A stretch of DNA of 64,000 bases from Pseudomonadota bacterium (GCA_021796835.1 JAKABO010000006.1:3325-67324); one strand, 5' to 3'; counted from the first letter of the stretch, positions 39,697 through 58,274 are shown. Numbers and translations: made by a program. The notes: generated by a model from the sequence alone, not told the origin.

Positions 39697-40764
39697 TCAG
39701 GCAATAGCGGCACCTTGCCGACGGCTCAGTTCATGTACGGCATCCACCAGCACCGCCACCTGATCCGGATCCGTAAAGCGCGTGATGCCATGACCAAGGT
39801 TGAAAACATGACCCGACCCCGGACCGAATTCCGCCAGGATTCTTCCCACCTCCGAGCGGATGCACTCGGGCGTGCCAAACAACACCATCGGATCCAGATT
39901 ACCCTGCAAGGCGACCTTATGGCCGACCTGGCGCCGGGCCTCACCCATGTCCACGGTCCAGTCCAACCCTACGGCATCGTAGCCCGCATCGGCAATGGAC
40001 TCGAGCCACAACCCCCCACCCTTGGTAAAGACGATGCTGGGTACCCGGCGCCCCTCTGCCTGTTTGGTCAGCCCGGCGGCGATCACGGACAGATAGTGCA
40101 GGGAAAATTCCTGATAGGCCTTCGGAGTCAGCGTTCCTCCCCAGGTATCGAACACCATGACCGCCTGGGCGCCTGCCTCGATCTGGGCATTCAGATACTG
40201 GATGACCGCTTCGGTGGTTACTTCCAGGATGCGATGCAACAAATCCGGGCGGCGATAGAGCATGCCCTTGATATGACGGAAATCTTCCGACCCACCGCCT
40301 TCCACCATGTAGCAGGCCAGCGTAAACGGGCTGCCCGAAAAACCGATGAGCGGCACCGAACCGGCCAATGCCTTGCGAATCTGGGACACCCCGTCCAGAA
40401 CGTAACGCAGGTTCACGGTGGGATCGGGCACGCTCAAATTGCGAACCTCCCATTCATCACGGATGGGGCGTTCAAATTTGGGTCCTTCGCCTTCCGCAAA
40501 ATAAAGCCCCAGCCCCATGGCATCCGGCACGGTCAAAATGTCGGAAAACAGAATGGCCGCATCCAGGGAATACCGGGCCAGGGGCTGCAGGGTCACTTCC
40601 GTGGCCAGATCCGGCGATTTGCACAAATTGAGAAAACTGCCGGCCCGGGCCCGCGTCGCGTTGTACTCGGGCAGGTAGCGACCCGCCTGGCGCATGATCC
40701 AAAGCGGTGTATAGGGGACGGGTTCACGCAACAACGCACGCAGGAAGGTATCATTTTTCAGCAC
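39697..40764 (-). CDS. hemE: Uroporphyrinogen decarboxylase
   Basis: '[15 protein letters not shown]' HemE signature, 355 aa. Confidence 0.95.
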   Translation of the reverse strand: MLKNDTFLRALLREPVPYTPLWIMRQAGRYLPEYNATRARAGSFLNLCKSPDLATEVTLQPLARYSLDAAILFSDILTVPDAMGLGLYFAEGEGPKFERPIRDEWEVRNLSVPDPTVNLRYVLDGVSQIRKALAGSVPLIGFSGSPFTLACYMVEGGGSEDFRHIKGMLYRRPDLLHRILEVTTEAVIQYLNAQIEAGAQAVMVFDTWGGTLTPKAYQEFSLHYLSVIAAGLTKQAEGRRVPSIVFTKGGGLWLESIADAGYDAVGLDWTVDMGEARRQVGHKVALQGNLDPMVLFGTPECIRSEVGRILAEFGPGSGHVFNLGHGITRFTDPDQVAVLVDAVHELSRRQGAAIA

Positions 40765-40813
40765 AGGAACCTCGTCAGTCCGCCATCACTTCAGCGGGTC
40801 AATCATGAAAAAA

Positions 40814-42250
40814 TCAGCGGGGAAGATCTGATCGCCCCATCAGGAACTCGTCGATGGCTCGTGCTGCCTGACGCCCCTCCCGAATGGCCCAGACCACCAG
40901 GGACTGACCACGCCGCATATCCCCGGCGGCAAACACCTTGGACACCGAAGTCTGATAGTCCAGGACGTTGGCCTGCACATTGCCCCGGGCATCCTTTGCC
41001 ACCCCCAACTGTTCCAGCAAGCCGGTCTGTACCGGATGCAGGTAACCCATGGCCAGCAGGACCAGATCCGCCGGAATGTCGAAGGCGCTGCCCGGAATTT
41101 CCTGAGGTGTCATCTGGCCCTTTTCATCCGCCTTCCAGTCCAGGCGCACGGCACGCAACCGGTTTACCTGCCCGTCGACTCCCATGAACGCCTGGGTCGA
41201 AATGCTCCAGTCACGGGCACATCCTTCCGCCTGAGAGGTGGAGGTGCGGAACTTGAGGGGGTATTGGGGCCACACCAAAGGCTTGTCTTCCTGTTCCGGA
41301 GGACGCGGCATGACCTCGAACTGCGTGACGGAAAGGGCGCCCTGACGAATCGAGGTCCCCACACAGTCGGACCCCGTATCGCCTCCGCCAATCACCACCA
41401 CATGCTTGCCCGTGGCCAGCAGGCCGTTTTCCACCCGATCTCCGGCATTGCGTCGATTCTGTTGGGGCAGGAATTCCATGGCGAAATGAACGCCCTTCAA
41501 CGCCCGTCCCGGCACAGGCAAATCGCGGGGATGTTCCGATCCGCCCGCAAGCAGGATCGCATCAAACGTCTCCTCCAGATCCTGAGCGGACAGGGTCACG
41601 CCGACATGCACCCCAGTGCGGAATTCCACCCCTTCCGCCCGCATCTGATCGAGGCGACGGTCGATCTGGGGTTTTTCCAACTTGAAGTCCGGAATGCCGT
41701 AACGCAACAGCCCCCCGATCCGATCGTTTTTCTCGAACACCACCACGTCGTGGCCTACCCGTGCCAACTGCTGTGCCGCAGCCAGCCCTGAGGGCCCGGA
41801 ACCCACCACGGCCACCCGTTTTCCCGTTTTGTGCGCAGGAATTTTCGGGGTGATCCATCCCTCTTGCCAACCCCGGTCCACCAGGGTACGTTCGATGTTC
41901 TTGATGGTGACCGGTTCGGTATTGATGTTGAGGACACAAGCCGACTCGCAGGGAGCAGGACAGACCCGGCCCGTAAATTCCGGAAAATTGTTGGTGGAAT
42001 GAAGGTTGTCCAACCCCTCGCGCCATTGCCCCCGGTAGACCAGGTCATTCCAGTCGGGAATGATGTTGTTGACCGGGCACCCCGTCTGACAGAAGGGGAT
42101 TCCGCAATCCATGCAGCGCGCTCCCTGCTGGCTGACGCGCTCCAGGGGCAGATCGATGACAAATTCGCGGTAGTGGCCTACCCGTTCCTGTGGTGATTCG
42201 GCAGCGGGTTCCTGCCGTTCGATTTCCATGAACCCCGTAATCTTTCCCAT
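40814..42250 (-). CDS. gltD: Glutamate synthase small subunit
   Basis: Contains '[12 protein letters not shown]', 'CMDCGIPFC' and '[14 protein letters not shown]'. Start at ATG 42250, just after the gltB stop. Confidence 0.9.
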   Translation of the reverse strand: MGKITGFMEIERQEPAAESPQERVGHYREFVIDLPLERVSQQGARCMDCGIPFCQTGCPVNNIIPDWNDLVYRGQWREGLDNLHSTNNFPEFTGRVCPAPCESACVLNINTEPVTIKNIERTLVDRGWQEGWITPKIPAHKTGKRVAVVGSGPSGLAAAQQLARVGHDVVVFEKNDRIGGLLRYGIPDFKLEKPQIDRRLDQMRAEGVEFRTGVHVGVTLSAQDLEETFDAILLAGGSEHPRDLPVPGRALKGVHFAMEFLPQQNRRNAGDRVENGLLATGKHVVVIGGGDTGSDCVGTSIRQGALSVTQFEVMPRPPEQEDKPLVWPQYPLKFRTSTSQAEGCARDWSISTQAFMGVDGQVNRLRAVRLDWKADEKGQMTPQEIPGSAFDIPADLVLLAMGYLHPVQTGLLEQLGVAKDARGNVQANVLDYQTSVSKVFAAGDMRRGQSLVVWAIREGRQAARAIDEFLMGRSDLPR

Positions 42251-42251
42251 C

Positions 42252-46868
<4,617 letters not shown>

Positions 46869-47042
46869 CGGTACACCTCAGCACGCAGAAGACGGAGCAA
46901 TCGCTGCGGACACAAACCGGAGCCTGAGGCGGGTTTGAATTACGCGCAGCGGGTCTGCGATGATACCCCAGCCGGGCCGGCCAATCAACCGTTAACTTGC
47001 GGCACACGCCTTTCACACCCAAAGCTGGGCTACAATGACGGG

Positions 47043-47582
47043 ATGAATAAATCGTGCAACATCTTTCTGGTGGGTTTGATGGGCGCGGGCAAGACCACCA
47101 TCGGTCGCTTACTGGCCCGCCATCGTCACCTGGAGTTCGTGGATTCCGACCAGGAAATCGAAGTTCGTACGGGCGTGCGCATCAGCACCATTTTCGAACT
47201 CGAGGGAGAATCAGGCTTCCGTGCCCGCGAGGAAGCCATCCTGGGCGAGTTGGTCCAACGCCGGGGAATCGTTCTGGCCACCGGTGGGGGAGCCATTTTA
47301 AGTCCCCTGACCCGTCAACGTCTGCGCCAGCAGGGGGTCGTGGTTTATCTGCGCGGCAGCGTGGACCAACTCTGGCATCGCACCCGCCATGATCGCCATC
47401 GTCCCCTCCTGAAAACGGAAGATCCCAAAGCACGCCTGCAGGAACTGTTTGAAACCCGCGACCCCCTCTATCGGGAAATCGCTCACCTGATCGTGGATAC
47501 CGCCCAGCAAAGTCCACAACGTCTCATCTGTCAACTGGAACTGGAACTCGATACCCATGTCCTTGCACACCCTCCTTGTTGA
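47043..47582 (+). CDS. aroK: Shikimate kinase
   Basis: '[19 protein letters not shown]', 179 aa from ATG 47043. Confidence 0.9.
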   Translation: MNKSCNIFLVGLMGAGKTTIGRLLARHRHLEFVDSDQEIEVRTGVRISTIFELEGESGFRAREEAILGELVQRRGIVLATGGGAILSPLTRQRLRQQGVVVYLRGSVDQLWHRTRHDRHRPLLKTEDPKARLQELFETRDPLYREIAHLIVDTAQQSPQRLICQLELELDTHVLAHPPC

Positions 47583-48660
47583 AGTCTCTCCCCCCTACCC
47601 GATCCAGGTAGGGCCTGGATCATTGCGTCGCGGCGACCTCATTGCCCCTCATCTGGCGGGCACCACCTCTGCGATCGTGACCAATACCACCGTGGCGCCC
47701 CTGTATCTGGAGTGCCTCACGCACACGCTCACCAGCGAGGGACAACGGGTCATTCCCATCCTGCTCCCCGATGGGGAGTCCTACAAAACGCGCAGCAGTT
47801 TCAACCACATTCACGATGTACTGCTGGAACACCGCGCGGATAGAAAAACCACGGTCATTGCACTGGGTGGGGGAGTGGTCGGTGACCTGGCCGGTTATGC
47901 GGCAGCCACCTATCTGCGGGGCGTTCCGCTGATCCAGGTCCCCACGACCCTGCTGTCTCAGGTGGATTCTTCCGTGGGCGGAAAAACCGGCATCAACCAC
48001 CCTCTGGGCAAGAACATGATCGGCGCATTTCATCAACCCCGTCTGGTGCTGGCCGATACCACAACCCTCGATACCCTGCCTCAGCGAGAATTTCTGGCGG
48101 GTCTGGCAGAAGTCATCAAATATGGCCTGATCCGCGACCTTCCCTTTCTGGAATGGCTGGAAATCCATCTGGATGCCTTGCTGCAGCGTGATCCGGAGAT
48201 CCTGGCCCAGGCCATTCTGACGTCCTGCCGCAACAAGTCCGCCCTAGTGGCTGCAGACCCCCTGGAACAGACCGGGCTGCGCGCCTTGCTCAACCTGGGT
48301 CACACCTTCGGGCATGCCATCGAAACGGGTCTGGGCTATGGAAACTGGTTGCATGGCGAAGCCGTGGCTGTCGGCTCCCTGCTGGCCGCTGACCTGTCCG
48401 AACGACTGGGCTGGCTCGATGCCCGGGATCTGGAACGGATGGTGACCCTCTTCGAACGGGCCGGTCTGCCAACCCAGGCTCCCGACCTGGGGTTTCAACG
48501 CTATCTGGACCTCATGGCCGGAGATAAAAAGGTGGAGGCAGGATCCCTGCGTTTCGTACTTCTCCGCGCGCTGGGCCAGGCCTGCCTGACTTCCGTGAGC
48601 CGCCGGGATCTGCTTGAAGCCGTCCTGACCGCAGGGCAAGGACGTTTCATCGCCCCCTGA
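47557..48660 (+). CDS. aroB: 3-dehydroquinate synthase
   Basis: '[22 protein letters not shown]...[22 protein letters not shown]'. Confidence 0.95.
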   Translation: MSLHTLLVEVSPPYPIQVGPGSLRRGDLIAPHLAGTTSAIVTNTTVAPLYLECLTHTLTSEGQRVIPILLPDGESYKTRSSFNHIHDVLLEHRADRKTTVIALGGGVVGDLAGYAAATYLRGVPLIQVPTTLLSQVDSSVGGKTGINHPLGKNMIGAFHQPRLVLADTTTLDTLPQREFLAGLAEVIKYGLIRDLPFLEWLEIHLDALLQRDPEILAQAILTSCRNKSALVAADPLEQTGLRALLNLGHTFGHAIETGLGYGNWLHGEAVAVGSLLAADLSERLGWLDARDLERMVTLFERAGLPTQAPDLGFQRYLDLMAGDKKVEAGSLRFVLLRALGQACLTSVSRRDLLEAVLTAGQGRFIAP

Positions 48661-48719
48661 AAGACGCTTCCCTCCAGACTTCAGTATAATTTCTTCCAAC
48701 TTCCGACAGTGGTGCCACA

Positions 48720-50975
48720 TTGCCCAAACTTCTTCTCTACCCCCTGATTTTTCTGGTCACTCTCGGCACTGTGGCGGTGGGCATCGTGGTCATGACCCTG
48801 GCCCTGCTGTACCCGAAACTGCCCAGTCTGGATGCAGTCACCGACTATCGCCCCAAGTTGCCACTCCGGGTCTACACCACGGACCATCAATTGATCGGCG
48901 AATTTGGGGAAGAGCGGCGCGCCATGCTCAAATTGGCCGAAGTGCCTCTCAACATGCGCCATGCCATACTGGCAGCCGAAGATGACCGCTTTTACCAGCA
49001 TGGTGCCGTGGATTTCCAGGGGGTTCTGCGGGCCATGCTGGCCGATGTGTTTTCCCACTCGGCCAAGGAAGGCGCCAGCACCATCACCATGCAGGTGGCA
49101 CGTAATTTCTTCCTGACCAATGAACGCACACTGACCCGCAAGTTATCCGAGGTTCTGCTGTCTTACAAGATCGAAAGCAACCTGACCAAGGACCAGATCC
49201 TCGAACTCTACATCAACCAGATCTATCTCGGGCAACGGGCCTACGGCTTTGGCGCCGCTGCCGTCGTGTATTACGGCAAGCCCCTGTCGCAACTCAGCGT
49301 TGCAGAAATGGCCATGCTGGCCGGACTGCCCAAAGCCCCCTCGCGCTACAATCCCATCATCAACCCACAACGGGCAGCACTGCGCCAACAGTATGTGCTG
49401 CGCCGCATGCACGACCTGAAGTACCTCAGCGATGCCGACTATGCCCTGGCCCTGCACAAGCCAGGACACGCCTCGGCCTATCATGCCAATGCCCTGACCC
49501 GCGCCGACTATGTCGCTGAAATGGTCCGTCAGTACATGGTTCAAACCTACGGAGAGGGGGTCTATTCCTCCGGCTACAGCGTCATCACCACCCTCCTCAA
49601 GCCGGATCAGGATGCCGCATTCCGGGCGGTACGTGAAGGCGTCCTGGCCTACGATCAGCGGCATGGCTATCGCGGCCCCGAAGCCACCCTGGATCTGCCC
49701 AGCAGCGGGGCCACCATCGCCGATTTCGAAGAGTCGCTGGAGGATCTGGAAATCACCAACGAACTGTACCCCGCCGTAGTCGAATCGGCCTCAGAAAAAG
49801 AAGTGAGTGCTTACATAAAGAACGTGGGGCCGGTGATCCTCAAGGACGGCGCCCTGACCTTCGCACGCGCCAGTCTGAACCCGAAAACGAGTGCCGATCG
49901 TCGAATCCGGCGCGGTTCCCTGATTCGCGTCATGCGGAACGACAAATCCGGCTGGGTCATCGTTCAGTATCCCAAGGCAGAGGCTGCGCTGGTTTCTCTC
50001 GATACGCACAATGGAGCCATCCGTGCCCTGGTCGGCGGCTTTGACTTCAATCGCACCAAATACAATCACGTCATCCAGGCCTACCGTCAACCCGGTTCCA
50101 GTTTCAAACCCTTTATCTACTCGGCGGCCCTGGAAAAGGGATTCACCCCCTTCACCCTGGTCGACGACAGTCCCATCGTCATCCATGATCCCAACGAAAA
50201 CGGCGGGGAAACCTGGGAACCCCATAACTACGAGAATGAATATCTGGGTCCGATTCGCCTGCGCGTCGGACTGGCCGAATCCAAAAACATGGTTGCCATT
50301 CGCGTGTTGAAAGCCATCGGTCCCGGTTATGCCCAGGCCTATGTCAAGCGATTCGGGTTTGAAGCCAATCGCCAACCCGCCTATCTCAGCATGGCCCTCG
50401 GTGCCGGCGAGGCGACCCCCCTGCAAATGGCCACGGCCTATGCCGTCTTTGCCAATGGCGGATTTCGGGTCAAACCCTATTTCATCGACCAAATCCTGGA
50501 CAGCAACGGAAAACCCCTTGGCCGAACTCAACCCATTCTGGCCGGGGAAGGCGCCGAACAGGTGATCGACCCGCGCAATGCCTTCGTCATGACCAGCATG
50601 ATGAAGGACGTCATTCGCATGGGCACGGCCACCCGGGCGTTGAGCCTGGGTCGTCAGGATCTGGCGGGCAAGACCGGCACCACCAACGATCATGTCGATG
50701 CCTGGTTCTGTGGCTTCCAACCCAGTTTGGTGGCCGTGGCCTGGGTCGGCTTCGACAAACCGGCTTCCCTGGGACCCCAGGAAACCGGCGCCCAGGCCGC
50801 CTTGCCGATCTGGATGGACTACATGGGAACGGCGTTGAAGAACGTTCCGGAAAGTGAAGCCATCATGCCCCCTGGCCTCGAAATGGTTGCCATCGACCCC
50901 AAGACCGGGCAACCCAGTACCGCACCGGACCACATCGATGATTATGCCTATGCCGCTGCCGCACAAAACAACTGA
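48720..50975 (+). CDS. mrcA: Penicillin-binding protein 1A (bifunctional transglycosylase/transpeptidase)
   Basis: Transglycosylase 'EDDRFYQHGAVD'. Transpeptidase 'SSFKP' and 'KTGTTND'. TTG start. Confidence 0.9.
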   Translation: MPKLLLYPLIFLVTLGTVAVGIVVMTLALLYPKLPSLDAVTDYRPKLPLRVYTTDHQLIGEFGEERRAMLKLAEVPLNMRHAILAAEDDRFYQHGAVDFQGVLRAMLADVFSHSAKEGASTITMQVARNFFLTNERTLTRKLSEVLLSYKIESNLTKDQILELYINQIYLGQRAYGFGAAAVVYYGKPLSQLSVAEMAMLAGLPKAPSRYNPIINPQRAALRQQYVLRRMHDLKYLSDADYALALHKPGHASAYHANALTRADYVAEMVRQYMVQTYGEGVYSSGYSVITTLLKPDQDAAFRAVREGVLAYDQRHGYRGPEATLDLPSSGATIADFEESLEDLEITNELYPAVVESASEKEVSAYIKNVGPVILKDGALTFARASLNPKTSADRRIRRGSLIRVMRNDKSGWVIVQYPKAEAALVSLDTHNGAIRALVGGFDFNRTKYNHVIQAYRQPGSSFKPFIYSAALEKGFTPFTLVDDSPIVIHDPNENGGETWEPHNYENEYLGPIRLRVGLAESKNMVAIRVLKAIGPGYAQAYVKRFGFEANRQPAYLSMALGAGEATPLQMATAYAVFANGGFRVKPYFIDQILDSNGKPLGRTQPILAGEGAEQVIDPRNAFVMTSMMKDVIRMGTATRALSLGRQDLAGKTGTTNDHVDAWFCGFQPSLVAVAWVGFDKPASLGPQETGAQAALPIWMDYMGTALKNVPESEAIMPPGLEMVAIDPKTGQPSTAPDHIDDYAYAAAAQNN

Positions 50976-52628
<1,653 letters not shown>

Positions 52629-52632
<4 letters not shown>

Positions 52633-53909
52633 CTCAGTTGTTTGAACACCCGTTCTGCAGCGCTGAGCGTATGATCCAGTTCCACACTGGTATGAACCGT
52701 GGAGACGAAACCCGCCTCGAAAGCCGATGGCGCAAAGTAGATCCCTTCCTCGAGCATCCCCTGAAAGAAGGCATTGAAAGTGAACCGATCCGATTCCATC
52801 ACCTCGGTCAGCGTATTGGGCAACCTTTCACGGAAATACAGCCCAAACATCCCCCCCAGGGAACAGGTGGACATGGCATATCCTGCATTGCGCCCCATTT
52901 CCACAATGCCCTCCGTCAACGTTCGGGTCATTTCGCCCAAACGTTCATACAGTCCATCGACCGTGGCCAGTTGAAGGTTCACCAGGCCCGCCGTCACGGC
53001 CACTGGATTGCCGGACAAAGTCCCTGCCTGATACACCGGTCCAATGGGGGCCAGATATTCCATGATGTCACGTCGTCCCCCAAAGGCAGCCAGGGGCATT
53101 CCTCCCCCGATCACCTTGCCCAGGGTCGTCAGGTCAGGACGAATGCCATACAGGGACTGGGCCCCGCCCAGGGCCACCCGGAACCCCGTCATCACCTCAT
53201 CAAAAATCAGAACGCTGCCATGGGCCGTCGTCAATTCGCGCAACTTCGAGAGAAACCCGGGGCGAGGCAACACCATGTTCATGTTGCCTGCCACGGGTTC
53301 AACGATGACGGCAGCAATCTGGTTGCCTCGGGTGGAGAATAATTCTTCCAGTTGTCCCATGTGGTTATATTCAAGGACCAGGGTTTGAGCGGCCACTTCG
53401 GAAGGCACGCCCCCGGAATCGGGCTGGCCAAAGGTCAACGCCCCGGAACCCGCCTTGACCAGCAAGGCATCCCCATGCCCGTGATAACACCCCTCAAATT
53501 TGACGATGAGGTTGCGACCGGTAAACCCGCGCGCCAGACGAATGGCGCTCATGGTGGCCTCAGTGCCCGAACTGGTCAGTCGAACCATTTCCAGGGAGGG
53601 AAGGAGTTGTGTCAGTTTTTCGGCAAAATCCACTTCCAGTTCCGTGGGTGCCCCAAAACTCAAACCCCGTTCGACACTGGCCTGCACCGCCCGGATGATG
53701 GAAGGGTGGGCATGCCCGTGCAGAAGCGGTCCCCAGGAACACACGTAATCGATATATTCCTTGCCTTCCACGTCCCAGACGCGGGGACCTTTCCCGCGCG
53801 TCAGAAAACGCGGGGTACCCCCCACGCTACGGAAAGCCCGCACCGGAGAATTGACCCCCCCGGGGATGAATTTCTGGGCACGTTCAAACAACTCCTGGTT
53901 GGTCGTCAT
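52629..53909 (-). CDS. hemL: Glutamate-1-semialdehyde 2,1-aminomutase
   Basis: '[12 protein letters not shown]' N-terminal signature and '[10 protein letters not shown]' (PLP Lys). Confidence 0.95.
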
Positions 53910-53969
53910 GGAAAGTCCAAATCCTAAGTCAGTGGTCAGACACCATTATACCCGCCCAGCCCATCCAGA

Positions 53970-54587
53970 TCATTCAAAATTCGCGGCATATTCCCGAGCC
54001 CGCCCCATGATATCCGGCGCATCGAACAATCCACTCAGAACCGCCACGGCATCGGCGCCTGCCGCGCGCAGCCCGGTGACCCGATCGGGCGTGATTCCGC
54101 CGATCGCGACGATGGGAACACGAAGTCGGACACGGCTGGCACGCAGAATCTCCAGGGTGACAGGCGCAGCCTCCGGCTTGGTCGGCGAAGGAAAGAAGCG
54201 GCCCAGGGCGACATAGGCGGCGCCTGCGGCTTCTGCCGCCAGCGCCCGATCCAGGTCTGCATAGCATGAAACGCCCAATAACCCCCTGCGGGCCAATCGA
54301 GGCCATTCTTCTGGACGCGCATCTTCCCGTCCGACGTGCACCCCCCCCGCCCACGCCGGATAACCGCCATCATTGAGAATCAAAGGTGCGCCAAACTCGT
54401 CACAGAGTGCGCGCAACTGGCGCAGTTGCGCCTGGCGCAAGGAAACCTCGAGAGATTTGACGCGGTACTGCAGGACAGACATCCCGCCCAGAAAAGCCAA
54501 TCTGACTCTTCTGAGCAGATCGGCGGTGTCGCTCAACTCCGGGGTAATGCCGTAGAGGCCACGAATTCCAGAGGATTCAATGGACAT
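53970..54587 (-). CDS. thiE: Thiamine-phosphate synthase
   Basis: 'GLYGITPE' start region and a TIM-barrel ThiE body. ATG 54587 overlaps the thiD end by 11 nt (alternative start at 54605). Confidence 0.85.
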   Translation of the reverse strand: MSIESSGIRGLYGITPELSDTADLLRRVRLAFLGGMSVLQYRVKSLEVSLRQAQLRQLRALCDEFGAPLILNDGGYPAWAGGVHVGREDARPEEWPRLARRGLLGVSCYADLDRALAAEAAGAAYVALGRFFPSPTKPEAAPVTLEILRASRVRLRVPIVAIGGITPDRVTGLRAAGADAVAVLSGLFDAPDIMGRAREYAANFE

Positions 54588-55440
54588 CGTTGCGCGGTTC
54601 CTCACGCGCCCAGAAAAGACGGTCAGGAACGATCTGTCCCATGCCGAGACGATAACCTTCTTTCAAGGTTTGCCAGGTGTAGTCCTGGGCTTCCGCCACC
54701 GCTTCCGGAATGGGTAGCCCCTGCGCCAGACTGGCGGCAATGGCGCTGCTCAGGGTACATCCGGAGCCGTGGTAACTGCCCGGAAGTCGTTCCCAGCGAT
54801 CGGAACGGATGACCCCCTCCCGGCCATACAACGTATTGACCACCTGTACACCCGGTGCGTGGGTCCCCGTCACCAGAACGAATTCGCAACCGCTTTCCAG
54901 TACTTCCATGGCGGCACGGGCATAATCCGGACGTTCTTCTTCCGGTGCCTCGTCATAGGCCAGACGCATCAATTCCAGGATATTCGGAGTCACCAGGGAG
55001 GTCTGCGGCAAAATCAGATCGCGCAACGCTTCGAGCATTTCCTCGCTGGCCAGTTCGTCACCCCTTCCACTGTTCAGCACCGGATCGAGGATCAGGGGCA
55101 CTTCGGGATAATCGGCCACGATTTCAGCGATCGCGGCGATGATTTCCACACTGCCCAGGACGCCCAATTTGAAGACGGCCACAGGAACGTCTTCCAGGAT
55201 GCAGCGCGCCTGGTCCACCACCCACTCCGCATCCATCGCCAATACGTCCTCGACCCCCGTCGTATCCTGGACCGTGATTCCGGTCACGACCGACAGGGGA
55301 TGGCATCCCATACTGGCAAGAGTCAGCAGGTCTGCTTGCAATCCCGCACCTCCACTGGGGTCCGTGGCTGCAAACACCAATACGGCAGGGGGGGCAGGCA
55401 TCATGGATGGTTGCTCTCGAGGGTGGATAAGTTTTATCAT
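54577..55440 (-). CDS. thiD: Hydroxymethylpyrimidine/phosphomethylpyrimidine kinase
   Basis: 'VLVFAATDPSGGAGLQADL' ThiD signature. The true start is possibly MMPAPP at 55404. Confidence 0.9.
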   Translation of the reverse strand: MIKLIHPREQPSMMPAPPAVLVFAATDPSGGAGLQADLLTLASMGCHPLSVVTGITVQDTTGVEDVLAMDAEWVVDQARCILEDVPVAVFKLGVLGSVEIIAAIAEIVADYPEVPLILDPVLNSGRGDELASEEMLEALRDLILPQTSLVTPNILELMRLAYDEAPEEERPDYARAAMEVLESGCEFVLVTGTHAPGVQVVNTLYGREGVIRSDRWERLPGSYHGSGCTLSSAIAASLAQGLPIPEAVAEAQDYTWQTLKEGYRLGMGQIVPDRLFWAREEPRNDVH

Positions 55441-55511
55441 GGCGGGGGATCGGCAGAATTAGCCAATCCTGCCGATCATCGCTATTATATTCTAACGTAT
55501 TCGAGACATTC

Positions 55512-55694
55512 ATGGATTCCGAACAAGGTTATAAAACCTGGCTATGCCTGATTTGCGGCTATATTTACGACGAAGAGTTGGGTGCCCCCGAGGAAGGCAT
55601 CGCTCCTGGGACCCGCTGGGCAGATGTCCCCATGAACTGGGTCTGCCCGGAGTGCGGGGCACGCAAAGAAGATTTTGAATTGATTGAAATTTGA
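55512..55694 (+). CDS. Rubredoxin
   Basis: 'CLICGYIYDE...WVCPECG', two CxxCG knuckles, 60 aa. Confidence 0.9.
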   Translation: MDSEQGYKTWLCLICGYIYDEELGAPEEGIAPGTRWADVPMNWVCPECGARKEDFELIEI

Positions 55695-55697
55695 GTC

Positions 55698-57482
55698 ATG
55701 TCGCCCAGTTCCGTGACGACTCCCGAAGAGTCCCTTGAAGCCCGCCTCTGCGCCCTCCTCACCACAGCGGTCCAGAAAATTTCTCCCTCTCCCATGCTTC
55801 ACCCGGCTCTGGAACGACCCCGTCAAAGCGCGCATGGAGATTTTGCCTCTCCCATCGCCCTGCAACTTGCCAAGGGGTTGCGTCGTCCTCCTCGGGAAGT
55901 CGCAACGCAACTGATCGCAGCGCTGCCCTCTTCCACACTCATCGAACGCGTGGAATTGGCGGGACCCGGCTTCATCAACATTTTTCTGACGGCACAGGCG
56001 CGCCAGGAAGTCGTGCATGAAATCCTGCGCCGCGGCTCCCTTTTTGGCTCGTCTCAAAAGGGTGCAGGACAGCGCGTGCAGGTGGAATTCGTCTCCAGCA
56101 ACCCGACCGGCCCACTCCACGTCGGCCACGGGCGCGGGGCCGCCTATGGCGCTTCGGTGGCCAATCTGTTGGGCAAGGCGGGGTACCAGGTGCATCGGGA
56201 ATACTACGTCAACGATGCCGGCCGTCAAATGGATATCCTGACCGTCTCCACCTGGTTGCGTGCCCTCCAGCAATCCGGCAAATTGAAGTCCCTGCCCTTT
56301 CCCGGCAACGGATATCAGGGTGACTATGTGGAGACCATGGCACGGGAGGCTGCGCAACGGTTTTCCGACCTGGTCATCCACGAAGAACCCCTGTTGTCCG
56401 CCCTGGGTCTTCCCCAAACTAACGACCTGATCGCCTTTCCGACCGAGCAGGAAGAACTTCACATGGATGCCCTGATCGCTGCGGCAAAGGAACTTCTGGG
56501 GCCAACTTACCGGGCCCTGCACCATTTCGTGCTGACCGAACAACTGGCCGACTGTCGTCAGGACCTAGAAGAGTTCGGAGTCGTCTTCGATGAGTGGTTT
56601 TCCGAGCAATCTCTCTTTGATTCCGGGGCCGTGGCCCTGGTCGTATCCCGTCTGGAAGAGGCCGGGTACCTCTATACAGAAAAGGGCGCGCGCTGGTTTC
56701 GCTCTTCGGCCTTTGGTGATGAGAAGGATCGGGTCGTTCAGCGGGAGAACGGGCTCTACACTTACTTTGCTTCAGACATTGCCTATCACGTCGACAAGTT
56801 TGAACGGGGTTACGATCTGATCGTGGATATCTGGGGCGCCGACCACCACGGTTACATTCCCCGGGTCCGGGCAGCCCTGAAGGCTCTGGGTTACGATGAC
56901 TCTCGTCTCTCCGTGCCCCTGGTTCAATTTGTCAGCCTGTTTCGCCAGGGCGAAAAAGCCCAAATGTCCACCCGCAAGGGACAATTCATCACGCTACGCG
57001 AATTGCGCACCGAAGTGGGTCGGGATGCTGCCCGTTTATTTTACATCCTGCGCAAATCAGACCAGCATCTGGATTTCGATCTGGATCTGGCGACTTCCCA
57101 GTCCCAGGACAACCCGGTGTATTACATCCAGTATGCCCATGCCCGCATCCAGAGGGTTCTGGAGCGCTGGGGCGGAGATCCGGCCCAACTGGAAAACAGT
57201 GCCCTGCACCCCTTGATCCATGAAGAAGAAACGCGCATCCTGCAAATCCTGTACGCTTATCCTGCCCTGTTGGAACAAGCCGCCGGTGACTTTGCACCCC
57301 ACCTCGTTGCCTTTTATTTGCGGGATCTTTCTGCAGAGTTCCATGCCTACTACAATCGGGTTCCTTTTCTGGAAGGGGAATCCGTTCAGGTACAGGCCCG
57401 CATGGCCCTGCTGGGCGCCATTGGCACCGTGTTGCGGGATGGTTTGAGCCTGTTGGGCGTCTCAGCGCCGGATCGGATGTGA
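55698..57482 (+). CDS. argS: Arginine--tRNA ligase
   Basis: 'SSNPTGPLHVGHGRG' class-I HIGH region, 594 aa. Confidence 0.95.
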   Translation: MSPSSVTTPEESLEARLCALLTTAVQKISPSPMLHPALERPRQSAHGDFASPIALQLAKGLRRPPREVATQLIAALPSSTLIERVELAGPGFINIFLTAQARQEVVHEILRRGSLFGSSQKGAGQRVQVEFVSSNPTGPLHVGHGRGAAYGASVANLLGKAGYQVHREYYVNDAGRQMDILTVSTWLRALQQSGKLKSLPFPGNGYQGDYVETMAREAAQRFSDLVIHEEPLLSALGLPQTNDLIAFPTEQEELHMDALIAAAKELLGPTYRALHHFVLTEQLADCRQDLEEFGVVFDEWFSEQSLFDSGAVALVVSRLEEAGYLYTEKGARWFRSSAFGDEKDRVVQRENGLYTYFASDIAYHVDKFERGYDLIVDIWGADHHGYIPRVRAALKALGYDDSRLSVPLVQFVSLFRQGEKAQMSTRKGQFITLRELRTEVGRDAARLFYILRKSDQHLDFDLDLATSQSQDNPVYYIQYAHARIQRVLERWGGDPAQLENSALHPLIHEEETRILQILYAYPALLEQAAGDFAPHLVAFYLRDLSAEFHAYYNRVPFLEGESVQVQARMALLGAIGTVLRDGLSLLGVSAPDRM

Positions 57483-57500
57483 AGTCCTGCTTTTCATTAC

Positions 57501-58250
57501 ATGGATTCTGCTATCATCCTCTCAGGCAGAAATCCCTATGTGGAGTGTCTTGTGACCGAGAAATCTAACAAGAAACCCGAAAAAAAACCAGGCAGTTCCT
57601 TTTTTGTCGGGAGCATGGCAGGACTGGCGGGCGGTGTGCTGCTGGCCGCAGGAGTGGCCCTGTACATCAGTCATCTCGCTTCGCCGATCACGACCCGTAA
57701 TGTCCCCCCCCACCCGACTGCCACACCCGAGAAACTTTCCGGATCAGATCTCGCCAAACGGGGGATGCTGACCCCCTCGCAAGTGACCGGGGAGAGTGAA
57801 CCCGGTGCGCCAGCCACGCCGGGTTCACCCGTACCTGCCGCTTCTGCGCCCACTCCGGCTGCGGAGGAGGGTACCCCTCCTGCCCCACTCGACGCCGGCG
57901 GAAACGCTCCAACGGCCGCTGGCCTTTCTTCGCCGGCCCCTTCCCTGCCTTCGTCCTTGAACGACGAATTGCAACATCCCGTGACGGTGCGCTACTTTGT
58001 CCAGACCGGTGCCTTCGGTCAATCTTCCGAAGCAGAAAACCAGCGGGCCAACCTGGCCTTGTTGGGCATCGACAGCACGATCGTACCCAGCCAGGTCGAG
58101 GGGAAACCCCTCTACTACCGCGTGAGAATCGGCCCCTTTTCTTCCGTGGACGAGGTCCGCACCCTGGTCAAATCCCTCAAGGATAACGGGGTTCCCGCCC
58201 AGGTCTTGCGCGAAACCACCACCAGTCACAGTTCCTTGATCCCCCATTAG
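57501..58250 (+). CDS. SPOR-domain cell-division protein (FtsN/DedD-like)
   Basis: TM helix, Pro/Ala-rich linker and C-terminal SPOR 'YFVQTGAFGQSSEAE...YRVRIGPFSS'. The real start may be GTG near 57553. Confidence 0.75.
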   Translation: MDSAIILSGRNPYVECLVTEKSNKKPEKKPGSSFFVGSMAGLAGGVLLAAGVALYISHLASPITTRNVPPHPTATPEKLSGSDLAKRGMLTPSQVTGESEPGAPATPGSPVPAASAPTPAAEEGTPPAPLDAGGNAPTAAGLSSPAPSLPSSLNDELQHPVTVRYFVQTGAFGQSSEAENQRANLALLGIDSTIVPSQVEGKPLYYRVRIGPFSSVDEVRTLVKSLKDNGVPAQVLRETTTSHSSLIPH

Positions 58251-58274
58251 GCTTTCCTTCAGGAGTTTTTTCCC

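Noticed and set aside
38051-41187. 464-aa and 497-aa plus-strand ORFs
   Set aside because: They run antisense to priA and to hemE/gltD respectively. Both are shadow ORFs.
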